Source: a virus
DNA: 64,000 nt
IMG/VR virus record: IMGVR_UViG_3300029860_000005
Coordinates: 1,390-65,389 of that record
Reading direction: 5' to 3' (one strand)
Part shown: positions 39,785 through 49,678 of the stretch, one piece after another
Layout: each line of letters opens with the position of its first letter
How positions within the stretch are numbered: the stretch's first letter is position 1
Position numbers and translations under genes: made by a program
The notes under the pieces: model-generated
Told to the model about the DNA's origin: nothing
What the model saw: only the letters and a program-made list of their open reading frames with translations
Database searches by the model: none

Positions 39785-40137
39785 TTATCAGAAGTTTTCC
39801 AGGTAAAAAAATCATAAATATCTTCGCTATTGTTGATTGGGTAATGTTTTATTTTTCCATTCTTGTCTTTAATTTCACAAATAGATGTTTCATTATTAAC
39901 TTTTTCCCAAATTAATTCATTAAAAGTATCAAATTCTTCATCAGTTTCAGGAAATCCGCGAGAAGAAATAATCATATCCCATACCATTGATACAGGATAA
40001 CAAAATACATCTTCATACCAAGCTCCAAAATCATCTTCAAGATTAAAAACTTGATTAAAGATATTAAAAAGTTTTTCTCTAATGCGAAAAATTTCAATTA
40101 AGCGATCAATATTACTAATAACAGTTTCTTTATCCAT
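39781..40137 (-). CDS. hypothetical protein
   Basis: 118 aa. Confidence 0.3.
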   Translation of the reverse strand: MDKETVISNIDRLIEIFRIREKLFNIFNQVFNLEDDFGAWYEDVFCYPVSMVWDMIISSRGFPETDEEFDTFNELIWEKVNNETSICEIKDKNGKIKHYPINNSEDIYDFFTWKTSDN

Positions 40138-40196
40138 TTTTATCTCCTAAAGAAAAAATGGGTTAGATATTTAATTAAATATCTAACCCATTAAAA

Positions 40197-41732
40197 TTAC
40201 TTAATACAAGCGTAGCGCTCGCTATTAAGCTTTTCCATCATAAGATCGTATCCAGTCTTTCCAGAAAGGATAGTCTCAAAAATGGTAGGACTCATGCCGG
40301 ATACAAAGGAAATACCATTCTTAACAGTCATAGGAATATTGTTCTGACGAGCATCAACATTCCAGAAGATAAGATTAGGCATCTTATATCCATAAGCGTT
40401 CCATTCCTTTTCAATCTTCTCCATCAGAGTATTACTGACAGTGCCATAACTACCACAACGAACGCAGGAATTAAATTCCATATCACTAATGATAATCAGG
40501 TTTTCGGGAATCTCATCCTGAGAGCAACCATTCTTAATGGCAGTCTTAAGCATAAGGTCAAAGGCAGATTCGATATTAGTAGAACCGCCCCAAGGAGCAG
40601 AACTAATACGCTTTACCTTATCGCAGAAATCAACACCTTCAACTTCCATGAAGTGAGGAGCAGACTCGAAAGTCATAAAATGATTTGCGAACGGGCCCTT
40701 AGCCTTATCTGCACAATACATACCAATAGAAATAGCTACATTGATAGGAGCAGAAGCTTCACTACCAGTCATAGAACCGGAAGTATCAACGAGAGCCATA
40801 CCATTAAAAGTTTTACCGGCAAAGTAATCAGCGAGATTCGCCCAATACTTATTAATCATAAGACGATCAGTATTGTCCATAGAGATAGCATGATCATAAC
40901 CATACCGACCATAACCGCCATAACCCATAAGGTTCATAGCCTTAGCAACACACTCATAAGGATAGAGAGCCTTGGCATTAACCGTGGTGGTTTCATCCTT
41001 GGCAAAATTCTCATAAGTGCGGGCGCCGGCCTTCTGACGCTCAATGTCATGACGCGCAAAAGCATTCTTATAGATAAGACCTGCGCGAGAAGGAATCTTA
41101 TCGAACTCAATCTTATCCCACTCGCCCGCAGACATCAAACGCTCAAGGACGTTAATGCGCTTACGAAGAATAGAGAGAGTCTTACGATACTGACGAGGAG
41201 TCATATTAAGATGCTTACGAGTCTTCATGCCGAGATACTGAGACTTCGCGGAACTGGTGTTCTCGCTCTTCAGCCACTTAGCCAAAAGAGAAGGAGTCTT
41301 ACACTGAACATCAAGAGCCAACTGCTCCTTAATGAGAGTATATGCTTCATCCTCAATGGCCGTACCATCAAAGACGTAAAGGTCGTCCCAACGACCAAAC
41401 TCAGGGACATTCTTCAAATTGCGAATAACGGCCTCAGATTCGTTATTTGCTAGCCACTTCATACAAATGCGGAAGAAGCGACGCTCACCTTGACCACCGC
41501 GCACATCGCGGATATAAAACAGACACTTCAAGGCATAAAGAGGATTCTCACGATATGCCTTCTGGAACATAAGAAGAACATCCTCATCACTACGCTTACG
41601 CATAGAAGCGCCGAGCGCGAACATGTCCAAAAGATCACTGGTCGTGGTCTTATGAGTAAGCGCGCCATTCTCCGTGAGAGTATAATTAGTCTCATTCTTC
41701 ATGCCATTCAAAAAAGTATTCATAGTCTTCAC
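40197..41732 (-). CDS. vWA-domain protein with TROVE/Ro60-like N-terminal region (DUF2828-like)
   Basis: MIDAS 'LVDTSGSMTGSE' (DxSxS); 511 aa; sits directly beside the tRNA and Y-like RNA array. Confidence 0.5.
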   Translation of the reverse strand: MKTMNTFLNGMKNETNYTLTENGALTHKTTTSDLLDMFALGASMRKRSDEDVLLMFQKAYRENPLYALKCLFYIRDVRGGQGERRFFRICMKWLANNESEAVIRNLKNVPEFGRWDDLYVFDGTAIEDEAYTLIKEQLALDVQCKTPSLLAKWLKSENTSSAKSQYLGMKTRKHLNMTPRQYRKTLSILRKRINVLERLMSAGEWDKIEFDKIPSRAGLIYKNAFARHDIERQKAGARTYENFAKDETTTVNAKALYPYECVAKAMNLMGYGGYGRYGYDHAISMDNTDRLMINKYWANLADYFAGKTFNGMALVDTSGSMTGSEASAPINVAISIGMYCADKAKGPFANHFMTFESAPHFMEVEGVDFCDKVKRISSAPWGGSTNIESAFDLMLKTAIKNGCSQDEIPENLIIISDMEFNSCVRCGSYGTVSNTLMEKIEKEWNAYGYKMPNLIFWNVDARQNNIPMTVKNGISFVSGMSPTIFETILSGKTGYDLMMEKLNSERYACIK

Positions 41733-41767
41733 CTAAATCTTTAACAAGATTCCTTTCTGAAAATTTA

Positions 41768-41844
41768 ATGGAGGCAAGGGTGAGATTCGAACTCACGAAT
41801 ACCGGCTTTGCAGACCGTCCTCTTAAACCACTTGAGTACCTTGC
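41768..41844 (-). tRNA. tRNA, probably Cys (GCA), atypical D-arm
   Basis: acceptor GGCAAGG/CCTTGCC, T-arm GTGAGTTCGAATCTCAC, CCA encoded; anticodon loop CUGCAAA. Confidence 0.45.
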
Positions 41845-41860
41845 CATATGAGTAAATTAA

Positions 41861-42172
41861 TTACTCATAAATATAAATTTCACCATCTTGAATGTTTAAT
41901 AATTCAATAGGAAGCGTATTACATCTTTTAATCCATTCGTCATGACCAATTACAGCAGATGCTCTATTAGGATAGCTTTCAACGATAATCCATTGATCAC
42001 TATCTATTTTAATACCAGTTTCATAACGTCCAGTATCATTAGTATAACAAGTATCAATAGTAATAAAATGTTTATTATTAATTAATTCTGTAGTATCTAC
42101 TACATCACCGCGAATATCAAAACCGGCAGAAAGAGTATCTAAAAAATTTAGAAAATCATTTGTATTCATCAT
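41861..42172 (-). CDS. hypothetical protein
   Basis: 103 aa between tRNAs. Confidence 0.3.
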   Translation of the reverse strand: MMNTNDFLNFLDTLSAGFDIRGDVVDTTELINNKHFITIDTCYTNDTGRYETGIKIDSDQWIIVESYPNRASAVIGHDEWIKRCNTLPIELLNIQDGEIYIYE

Positions 42173-42286
42173 ATTACTATTCTCCTTAAAAAAAATAAAG
42201 CTGATAAACTAATTAAATTCATAATTAAATTAGTTTATTAACTTAACCTATGTTATTACGCAATAAATAATATTATTTCCAACTTA

Positions 42287-42361
42287 TGGTGCGGTTGGAG
42301 GGACTTGAACCCTCGGCCAATAGCTTAAAAGGCTACTGCTCTACCACTGAGCTACAACCGC
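42287..42361 (-). tRNA. tRNA-Lys (UUU)
   Basis: cloverleaf by hand: GCGGTTG..GTAGC CTTTTAA GCTAT..GAGGGTTCAAGTCCCTC CAACCGC A CCA. Confidence 0.7.
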
Positions 42362-42544
42362 ATAAAAAACAAGACGCTCTTCTTTTTAATTTCATTACAA
42401 GCAAAAAGATTAATAGCTGGATGCGTCTTTAATAGTTATTTATAATTTATCTGCTCTCTTAATTTTTAGTTTTTTCAAACAATCCTCCAAAGAGAACAAA
42501 TCGTCTATTTTCTAATATAATTTTCATATAAACGACTTTAAATT

Positions 42545-42691
42545 CTAGAGCCAAGCCATTTATATTACTTATTATATCATACTCATAGACCTACAAGCAT
42601 TTGATTTTACATCAATCCTTTTTAGTAGAAACTTAAAATAAGTTAATAGCACTGGAAACCCAGTAAAAAAAATTTGCTGTATGGCTCTATG
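42545..42691 (-). ncRNA. structured RNA element of the 'ACAGCAA' family (closing helix TAGAGCCA/TGGCTCTA, internal hairpins)
   Basis: leader 'CATAGAGCCATACAGCAAATTTT' pairs with 'GGCTCTAG' about 130 nt downstream. Confidence 0.3.
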
Positions 42692-42741
42692 TAGTTAATT
42701 AATCAGGCATCGCGATTTATCATAGACCGAATTAATAACTA

Positions 42742-42816
42742 TGGAGCAAGTGAAGGGGATCGAACCCTCATTCTCGGCTTGGAAGGCCGATGCACTAGCC
42801 ATTGTACTACACCTGC
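42742..42816 (-). tRNA. tRNA-Gly (UCC)
   Basis: anticodon arm TCGGC CTTCCAA GCCGA; T-loop TTCGATC; CCA encoded. Confidence 0.65.
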
Positions 42817-42904
42817 GTAAGCATTTTCTTTATATTGTTGAAAATGCCAAACAATCAATAAAGAGAATAAGAATTGAAAAAAATTTTGTACGTTTTATAT
42901 ATTT

Positions 42905-42933
42905 ATTATATATTAAATTTTTAAAAATGTCAA
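42905..42933 (-). promoter_or_regulatory. sigma70-type promoter TTGACA-17-TATAAT (tRNA-Gly transcription unit)
   Basis: by eye. Confidence 0.5.
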
Positions 42934-42939
42934 ATTTTC

Positions 42940-43251
42940 TTATTTCCTAATGTAATATCGCATATAATCTTGATATGCTTTTTCACGAGTAGGAAATTCA
43001 TAATTTAAATAAGGATATACTCGCCAACGATACCAACGTGAAATTTCATTTTTATAAAAAGTTTCAAAATCACCTTCTATGGTATAATAATCGCAAATAT
43101 CATAAGAACAAAAAAGTTTTTTATACTCTTTGTAATTATAAATTTCTTCAGAATTTTTTAATTTTTGACGAACTTTTTTATTTGCGTATCTCTTATATCC
43201 GCGGTCTTTGCGATCGCCACTATAAGGTGTTTTTTTTCTACTTCTACTCAT
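42940..43251 (-). CDS. small basic protein
   Basis: 103 aa, Lys/Arg/Tyr-rich. Confidence 0.3.
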   Translation of the reverse strand: MSRSRKKTPYSGDRKDRGYKRYANKKVRQKLKNSEEIYNYKEYKKLFCSYDICDYYTIEGDFETFYKNEISRWYRWRVYPYLNYEFPTREKAYQDYMRYYIRK

Positions 43252-43581
43252 TCTTTTAACCTCCTTTAAAAGATGTTAAAAGATAGTCATTCGAGAACCC
43301 ATTGGACTCACTCCTTTTAGATTAACTTAAATAATAATATGGTAGCTATGACCCGGTTTCATGGTCAATTACGAAGAGCAGTTAAAAGTTGTTATCTTTT
43401 ACCTAAAATCTCTCTTCAACTTCTTACGAAGGACTAAGCCGTATCATTTGGTTTTCCCAACTTATTTCGACTTGCAGATTTGTTACCTACTGCTGTACTA
43501 CCTGTTGGCCTGTCTATGTCAACCCCGACCCGTCTATCTAATTTTCATTAGAGGCAACTGCCGTTAGCTATTATTATTTAA

Positions 43582-43669
43582 TGGTGCGGGCGACGAGAAT
43601 CGAACTCGTACGAGGGTTTACCTCATGGGATTTTAAGTCCCAGGCGTCTGCCAGTTCCGCCACGCCCGC
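43582..43669 (-). tRNA. tRNA-Leu (UAA), class II
   Basis: GCGGGCG acceptor; anticodon loop CTTAAAA; long variable arm; CCA encoded. Confidence 0.65.
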
Positions 43670-43860
43670 GGATGTCAGCTTTAATGTCAGCCAACAACTT
43701 CCTCTTCAAGTTCCAGCCAGAATTACTGACGCTCAGTCCGTCTATTTTTTCTCTCGCGGGCTTTAGATAATATTTACAAGACCTTAAATAACATCCTTGA
43801 AGTTTGGTAAAGATTTTATTCTTATATTTGCTGATAAGGTCTTTCTTCATTTTATATAAA

Positions 43861-43889
43861 TATTATATAATATTTTTTATAAAATGTCA
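43861..43889 (-). promoter_or_regulatory. sigma70-type promoter TTGACA-17-TATAAT (tRNA-Leu)
   Basis: by eye. Confidence 0.5.
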
Positions 43890-44036
43890 AATTTTCTTTT
43901 GTTTGGTATAAATATACCTTTTTAAAAATTTACAACCACCGCAACCATTTTTATTTTTACAACGATAACAATTATCAGTGTCAAAAGAAAAATACCAAGG
44001 TGGTTGTGGTCGCATTTTTCTTATTTTCTTTTTCAT
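43886..44036 (-). CDS. possible small Cys-rich ORF (approx.)
   Basis: hand translation 'MKKKIRKMRPQPPWYFSFDTDNCYRCKNKNGCGGCKF...'; 3' end uncertain. Confidence 0.2.
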
Positions 44037-44047
44037 TTTCTATATAT

Positions 44048-44076
44048 ATTATATATTAAATTTTTATAAAAATCAA
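44048..44076 (-). promoter_or_regulatory. sigma70-type promoter TTGATT-17-TATAAT
   Basis: by eye. Confidence 0.45.
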
Positions 44077-44099
44077 ATAAAATATTTTAATTCAAGTAC

Positions 44100-44231
44100 A
44101 AGACCTATTATTTTCGGTTCCGTTGGGTTTAACCACTTCCCTACCTCCGCCATATAATGGTGGGGAGGGCAGGATTCGAACCTGCGTAGCATCAGCGACG
44201 GATTTACAGTCCATTTTGCTGTTAAGGTCTT
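44100..44231 (-). ncRNA. Y-RNA-like/permuted tRNA-like element. Order on the minus strand: leader, tRNA-Tyr-like 3' half (anticodon arm GUA, variable arm, T-arm, CCTCCCC, A, CCA), 6 nt, then 5' half (G GCGGAGG TA GGGAAGTGGTTAAACCC A ACGGA). Leader AAGACCT pairs with trailer AGGTCTT.
   Basis: Acceptor strands complementary at 6 of 7 positions; ACGGA (in 5' half) pairs with TCCGT of the 3' half; leader carries 'ACAGCAA'. Confidence 0.4.
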
Positions 44232-44248
44232 TTTTAATTTATAAATAT

Positions 44249-44277
44249 ATTATATATTAAATTTTTAAAAATGTCAA
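44249..44277 (-). promoter_or_regulatory. sigma70-type promoter TTGACA-17-TATAAT (Y-like element at 44100..44231)
   Basis: by eye. Confidence 0.5.
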
Positions 44278-44283
44278 AAAATT

Positions 44284-44307
44284 GCGGAAATTAGTGTAAA
44301 GTATTTT
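44284..44307 (-). terminator. hairpin GTGTAAAGTA/TACTTTACAC after gene 44312..44605
   Basis: inverted repeat. Confidence 0.35.
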
Positions 44308-44311
44308 TACT

Positions 44312-44605
44312 TTACACACCCGCGTCCTCACAGCTTATGTCCATCTTATTGAATTTACGCAAATCCGCGATCTTCCAATTATAAGTAGGAGAATAATTCC
44401 ACGCTTTTCCGCGCCTTCTTCCTCTATTCTTACTCTTGGCTGAGCACATAGGGCATGAACAATGAATTTTATTTTTACTAAATTGATGGAGATTATCATA
44501 ATAGGGATGAGTAAGATCACCATACACTTCTTTGGTGATTCTACGTTTTCTCAACGCTTTTCTTTTGGAAACATCACGATTATAAGCACGAGAATTAGAT
44601 TTCAT
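44312..44605 (-). CDS. basic zinc-ribbon-like protein
   Basis: 97 aa, 'HCSCPMCSAK'. Confidence 0.35.
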   Translation of the reverse strand: MKSNSRAYNRDVSKRKALRKRRITKEVYGDLTHPYYDNLHQFSKNKIHCSCPMCSAKSKNRGRRRGKAWNYSPTYNWKIADLRKFNKMDISCEDAGV

Positions 44606-44629
44606 ATAATATCCTCCTTATTAAATTAG

Positions 44630-44723
44630 TTGGCGCGGTCGGTAGGACTCGAACCTACAATCGACGCTATGAACGCCGACACTCGCTTTCCAGGCGAGCC
44701 GACTACCAATTATCGCACGACCG
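44630..44723 (-). tRNA. tRNA-Ser (GGA), class II
   Basis: GCGGTCG acceptor; anticodon arm CTCGC CTGGAAA GCGAG; long variable arm; CCA encoded. Confidence 0.65.
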
Positions 44724-44726
44724 CAT

Positions 44727-44817
44727 ATGGCGCGGGCGAGAGGATTCGAACCTCTGGAGGGTTGCCCCTCGCCGGTTTTCAAGACCGGTGTAATAAGCCA
44801 AACTCTACCACGCCCGC
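44727..44817 (-). tRNA. tRNA-Ser (UGA), class II
   Basis: GCGGGCG acceptor; anticodon arm CCGGT CTTGAAA ACCGG; long variable arm; CCA encoded. Confidence 0.65.
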
Positions 44818-44850
44818 ATATAAAGGAGAAGAAAATCTTCTCCTTATTTA

Positions 44851-45222
44851 TTACATCTCCTTAAGGAGACAATTTACCTCGTTCTCGGCAAAAGACTTAT
44901 CGCGAGAAGCATCGTTGAAATAATTCACCATCTTGTCGTAATGAGCCTGAGCCTGATCGAGAAGAGCCTGAGCTTCCTTCATCTTATACTCGGCGCGCTT
45001 CATACGCTTTGCGGAAACCTTCGCATTACAACGCGCGGCTGCAAGCTTCTTGCCATTTTCAACATTAAAGCTATCACGAGGATCACACTTAGCATAGCCC
45101 TTGACTGTCCGACCGGCATATGTAGAAACCGCGCTCACAGTCTTTTTACCCTTGGGATCGTTATACTCATAAAACTTATACTTGTCCAGAGAATAATTCA
45201 TAATTTTACACCTTTTACACAT
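44851..45222 (-). CDS. hypothetical protein
   Basis: 123 aa. Confidence 0.3.
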   Translation of the reverse strand: MCKRCKIMNYSLDKYKFYEYNDPKGKKTVSAVSTYAGRTVKGYAKCDPRDSFNVENGKKLAAARCNAKVSAKRMKRAEYKMKEAQALLDQAQAHYDKMVNYFNDASRDKSFAENEVNCLLKEM

Positions 45223-45243
45223 TTATTTTAATCTTTTGATTAA

Positions 45244-45319
45244 TGGAGCTGGAGACAGGAATCGAACCCGCGACATCTTCATTACAAATGAAGCGCTCTA
45301 CCTGCTGAGCTACTCCAGC
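45244..45319 (-). tRNA. tRNA-Thr (UGU)
   Basis: GCTGGAG acceptor; anticodon arm CTTCA TTTGTAA TGAAG; CCA encoded. Confidence 0.65.
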
Positions 45320-45451
45320 ATATCGGCACTAACGCAGTTCCCGCGTTCTTTCTCCCAATTTCTTTAACTTATCAATTAAAGAGTTCGTTGCCGAAAGAAA
45401 AGTATAAGAAAAAAAATTTTTGAAATCTTTCTCTCTCAACTTTCTATATAT

Positions 45452-45480
45452 ATTATATATTATTTTTTTAAAAATGTCAA
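45452..45480 (-). promoter_or_regulatory. sigma70-type promoter TTGACA-17-TATAAT (tRNA-Thr)
   Basis: by eye. Confidence 0.5.
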
Positions 45481-45577
45481 AAAATTTTTAAAAGTAGTTT
45501 ATTGAAGAAATTGTTGAAATATTTTTATAATTGATTTTCTATGGCCTTTTGGACCAATTGTCCGCAATTATTAAATC

Positions 45578-45982
45578 CTATGTTTTATCATCATATCCAA
45601 TTATTGTAATTGTATGATTGGAATATTTTTCGCATTTCCAGAAAGATAAAATAACAGGTTTATTCATATCAATTAAATTTTTAATTGTAGTAAAATTATA
45701 TCCAAATTCTTTTAAATAATTTGAATGAGTTTGACATTTTTGTTTAGAAAAATATTCTAAAGATTTATTAAAAATATTTTTAATAAGTAGAGGATTGGTT
45801 CCTCGTTTATCATTATAACAATATTTTTTTCCAATAGATTCAACTATATTATAAATTTCTCTTTCAGAAGGATTCCTAAAACGAGTATAACAAATAGATG
45901 TTATACTCGTTAAAGAACAATTACGTTTATCTCCAAAATCTTTTTGATCTAAAAAGAAAAAAATTTTAATACGATGTTCCAT
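45578..45982 (-). CDS. possible papain-like/C39-like cysteine peptidase
   Basis: C-terminal 'NHTITIIGYDD' His-containing motif; weak. Confidence 0.3.
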   Translation of the reverse strand: MEHRIKIFFFLDQKDFGDKRNCSLTSITSICYTRFRNPSEREIYNIVESIGKKYCYNDKRGTNPLLIKNIFNKSLEYFSKQKCQTHSNYLKEFGYNFTTIKNLIDMNKPVILSFWKCEKYSNHTITIIGYDDKT

Positions 45983-45985
45983 AAA

Positions 45986-46690
45986 TTACTCGCCCCAACA
46001 AACAGGCATCGTAACCCAAGCGGAACCATTATAATATTTCAACCCAGAATTTGATGTAGTATCTACCCATAAAAGTTTTTTGTCTGTTGGAGCAGTTGTC
46101 CCAACATAAAAAATATTTTTTGGAAGACTATTTATTGTGGTATTAAGACTACTAATAGAAGATTTCGCACTACTAACATCAGATGAAAGAGAATTTACTG
46201 TAGTTTTAGTAGTCTTTAAATCGTTTGATAAAGTGCCTACGGATGTTTTAGTATCTTTAACATCAGTAGATAAAGTGCTTACAGTAGATTTTGTGGAGCT
46301 TAAATTAGAAGATAATGTGCTCACTTCAGAATTAGTTGAATTTAAATTATTTGATAAAGTGCTAATAGAAGATTTAGCATTGTTTATGTCAGTAGACAAT
46401 GTACTTACAGAATCCTTTGTAGAATCTAAATCAGATGAAAGAGATTCTACAGTAGATTTCGCGGCTGCACTTATATCATTTAATAATTCCGCGGGAGTGC
46501 GATAATAAATCTATCCATCATTGCCAATAATAGCAATATTACCAGTGCCATTAACCGCAGAAGTAAGTTTTAAATTAGAGCTTGTAATTTGACCGTTTGC
46601 TTCAATTGTAGTATTACCGACTGAAACGTCATTAGCATTTTTTTCAGCAGTAGAAACAAATTGATCAAAAATTCTTGGTTTAGCCATAAA
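45986..46690 (-). CDS. tail fibre protein with ~11-aa Ser/Thr repeats, one in-frame TAG (~46511)
   Basis: repeats 'SxVSTLSxxLxxTK'; C-terminus 'LLWVDTTSNSGLKYYNGSAW'. Confidence 0.45.
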
Positions 46691-46711
46691 TATTTTCTCC
46701 TTTCTTGAATA

Positions 46712-47569
46712 TTAAATCCAAGCCACGGGGACAGGGGTCCAAGTACCTGTGGTAGAAGTTCTATATTTAAAAGTGCCAGTAGAACTGGTAGTATCGATCC
46801 AGAGTAATGGGGTAGTTCCAGACGCGGGTTGCGTAGATCCAATATAGATAGCATAATCAGTAGTAGTTCCAATTACTGGAGTTTTATCTATTATAGACCA
46901 AGACCCATCTGCGCGCAAGTATTTAGTAGTGCTACCATCTGATTTTGGAACAACACCATTTTTAGTGGTTGAAAATAATCCAATATCATCAGCATTAACA
47001 TTAACTGAGGCTGCTCCTTCAATACCCATTACAGTAAGATAATCACCTTTTTTAGCAGTCCAATCTACTAAAGTAAGAGTGTTATTACTAATAGTGTAGT
47101 TATCATTTTCTTTCATCATTACACCATTATAATAGGCAGTTAATGTGCCAGAATCATTATTAAAATCAAAAGGAATAGTAAATGTTGATTGTGTGGCATC
47201 TGTTACAGTAAAAGTATATTTATTAGTAATTGAGTGATAATCAACACCCTCGGTTGCCGCTGTAATAGTAGTACCATCACTTTTTAAAATACCAGTTGGA
47301 AGAGAAACAAGAGTAGCTTCAATAGGAGTTTCCCATGTCTCACCGTCTGTATTTTTTACTAAAGCATCACCAGCGGTTCCACCATCAGGAAGACAAGAAC
47401 TAAAATCTAAATCATTAACTTTAGTTATTCCATCACCAATTTTTATTTTATTTAAATCATCATAGATGATAATTTCACCTTTTAAAGGAATAAAATTAGT
47501 CGCTTTTGCCCAATTCGCGGAACTATCATGCTTTTGGACTATGCGACCTTGATATGTTTTATTAGCCAT
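46712..47569 (-). CDS. tail fibre protein
   Basis: C-terminus 'LLWIDTTSSTGTFKYRTSTTGTW' paralogous to the upstream fibre. Confidence 0.45.
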   Translation of the reverse strand: MANKTYQGRIVQKHDSSANWAKATNFIPLKGEIIIYDDLNKIKIGDGITKVNDLDFSSCLPDGGTAGDALVKNTDGETWETPIEATLVSLPTGILKSDGTTITAATEGVDYHSITNKYTFTVTDATQSTFTIPFDFNNDSGTLTAYYNGVMMKENDNYTISNNTLTLVDWTAKKGDYLTVMGIEGAASVNVNADDIGLFSTTKNGVVPKSDGSTTKYLRADGSWSIIDKTPVIGTTTDYAIYIGSTQPASGTTPLLWIDTTSSTGTFKYRTSTTGTWTPVPVAWI

Positions 47570-47594
47570 ATTATTTTCCTTTCTTTAAAAATTT

Positions 47595-49140
47595 TTATTG
47601 TTTAACTGCATTTGCTTGAAGCCAGGTCAGTAGGTCACCGGTTGGAGGGTCCAAAAATGTGACAGTGCGGTAGGCAGAATTGATCCAATTTGCATTTCCC
47701 GCTACATGGTCTGCATCTGGACTGCTAACAAAAATTTCATTTACTGTTGTATTATTGTACTTGATATAAGTTGAACCCATAGGGGGCAATCCGAATTGTT
47801 ATTGAAGTAAAATTCTCCCCATTTGAAATAAAATTCAACGAAGAAGCAGTAAAATTAGCAAGAGAAGAATAATTATCATTAATAATTCATATTTCTTTTG
47901 GAACAATAGGTGGGTCAGGAGCAACTTTCGCGCGCACTAAAGAATTATTTATTTTTATAATATCATTTTTAGAATCCTACTTTGTTCTTATTAAATTACC
48001 ATTTTCTGCTATATTATTACTATCAGTAGAAATTAAACTATTATTAGCAAGAACAATATTTTTATTTTGTAATAATATTTTCATTAATTGTCTCCTTTCT
48101 TTTAAGAGATTATTTTAGATTGATAAATTATTTTATTTTATATTATAAATATTTATTGAGATGGCATAATATATCCAGCAATATTTAATGTATAATATGT
48201 ATTTGACCAATAATAACTTGAATTGCCAATCGTCATATAAAATTTTGAAGAATTTTGGTCAAAAAAGTGTGAAAAATTAATATTATTATTATTATATCCA
48301 TCAAACTAAAATACATCACCATTTACAGCATAATATCCGTCTAAAAAAGCATAAATCCCTCCATCAGAAGGGACGTAATATCCATTTGGCTTAATTGAAA
48401 TAGATTGTATCTAAAAATTAGGTGGCATAGCTATACCATCCCAATATATTGTCTGCGTATTGCCAAAAAGTGTATTTCCAGCGCGAGCAATACAATAAAA
48501 AAAATCCTATCGAGTTCCAGTTACTCCAAAAATATTTACTCCACTTTTAATATTACTTGCAGTTAAATTACTACTTCCACTTACTCTTATAGCTCCAGTT
48601 GTATATTTTCCGCTATCAACTACGGTTTGATTATATCTTCCAGGAGTTTTGGTAATTGTAATGTTTTATTTGTTCCACTTGATAAATAACCACTAGTTCC
48701 TACACTTGAAGTAATTAAACCATTACTATTAATTGTAGGATTATTAAGCACACCAGTTGGCATAGCATTAACAGTTACTTTAGATAATCCATCATAATCA
48801 TTATCAGGCATTATAATTTGAGAAGAGGTTGATGGTGTAATAATTTTATCTTGTAGTTTAGGATTTCCACCACCGCCACTTATTACTTCTATACTCACAT
48901 TAAACCTCCTTTATAGACAAAAAAATGGTGTTACCTCTTTTGTATAATTAGAAGTAACACCATTTAAAAAATAGTTTTCTCAATAATCATTTCCAAAAGA
49001 GTAAAACCAAAATATATATTTATAAATTTTAAGTTATCAATTTCAAACTTAAATTTTTATCTACATTATATATTAATTTTTGGAAATAATAATATATTGA
49101 ATTCGACCAAAAAGAAAAAGGCTCTCAATTAAGAGAGCCT
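47595..49140 (-). other. block of TAG-interrupted structural (tail fibre-like) coding sequence; includes track ORFs 47595..47789 and 48620..48898
   Basis: continuous minus-strand coding bias with many plus-strand CTA triplets and no long standard ORFs. Confidence 0.3.
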
Positions 49141-49144
49141 TTAA

Positions 49145-49525
49145 TTAAATATTTACCGTAGAAGTTCCGCAATCAAAAATGATATAATTAGTTTGCGCGA
49201 GCGCCTCAATAGAGGGTGTACCCCACGTTCCATCGCCTTTAAGAAAATTGTCCTTATTGGCGACCGCAGGCGCCGGCACTAAACCTTTTGCTCCATTGCT
49301 AGAACTGGTTGCGCCAACCATTACATCAATATTATTTTGAACGACGGTCCAATCTGCGATTTTAAAAGCGGAATTATAATCACCAACACATACAATCATA
49401 TCTCCTGGCTCAATTTTTCCAAGAGAGCTAAGAGTGAATGTGGCATTGGATTTATAAGTCCAACCTGTTTTATAATTAGTTAAATTTGTGATATCGGTAG
49501 CATTTGAAACCACACCTTTAAACAC
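49145..49525 (-). CDS. Ig-like structural protein
   Basis: 126 aa, beta-rich composition. Confidence 0.3.
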   Translation of the reverse strand: MFKGVVSNATDITNLTNYKTGWTYKSNATFTLSSLGKIEPGDMIVCVGDYNSAFKIADWTVVQNNIDVMVGATSSSNGAKGLVPAPAVANKDNFLKGDGTWGTPSIEALAQTNYIIFDCGTSTVNI

Positions 49526-49678
49526 AAGAGAAGAAGCAAGAGTCGTCTCAAGCTAAGTGAGACGATTTCTTGCGTCAGAGTCTTTCAGGTGGTAAATGAC
49601 GCTACCTAAGTTGATTTTGGAAATCAATTTCATATTATCTGCCATTTACTCACCACCTTATATTAAAATTTAACTAAA

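Noticed and set aside
43623-43850. Track ORFs overlapping tRNA genes (43623..43850 over tRNA-Leu; 43581..43766 +; 44630..44923 + over both tRNA-Ser genes; 42741..42950 + over tRNA-Gly)
   Set aside because: They are translations of tRNA and intergenic sequence; the tRNA folds are much better supported.
44158-44215. tRNA-Tyr-like 3' half interpreted as a phage attP core for integration into a host tRNA gene
   Set aside because: A complementary 5' half lies 6 nt downstream. The same 3'-then-5' arrangement with leader/trailer pairing recurs at two other sites, and no integrase is evident, so a structured RNA is the better explanation.
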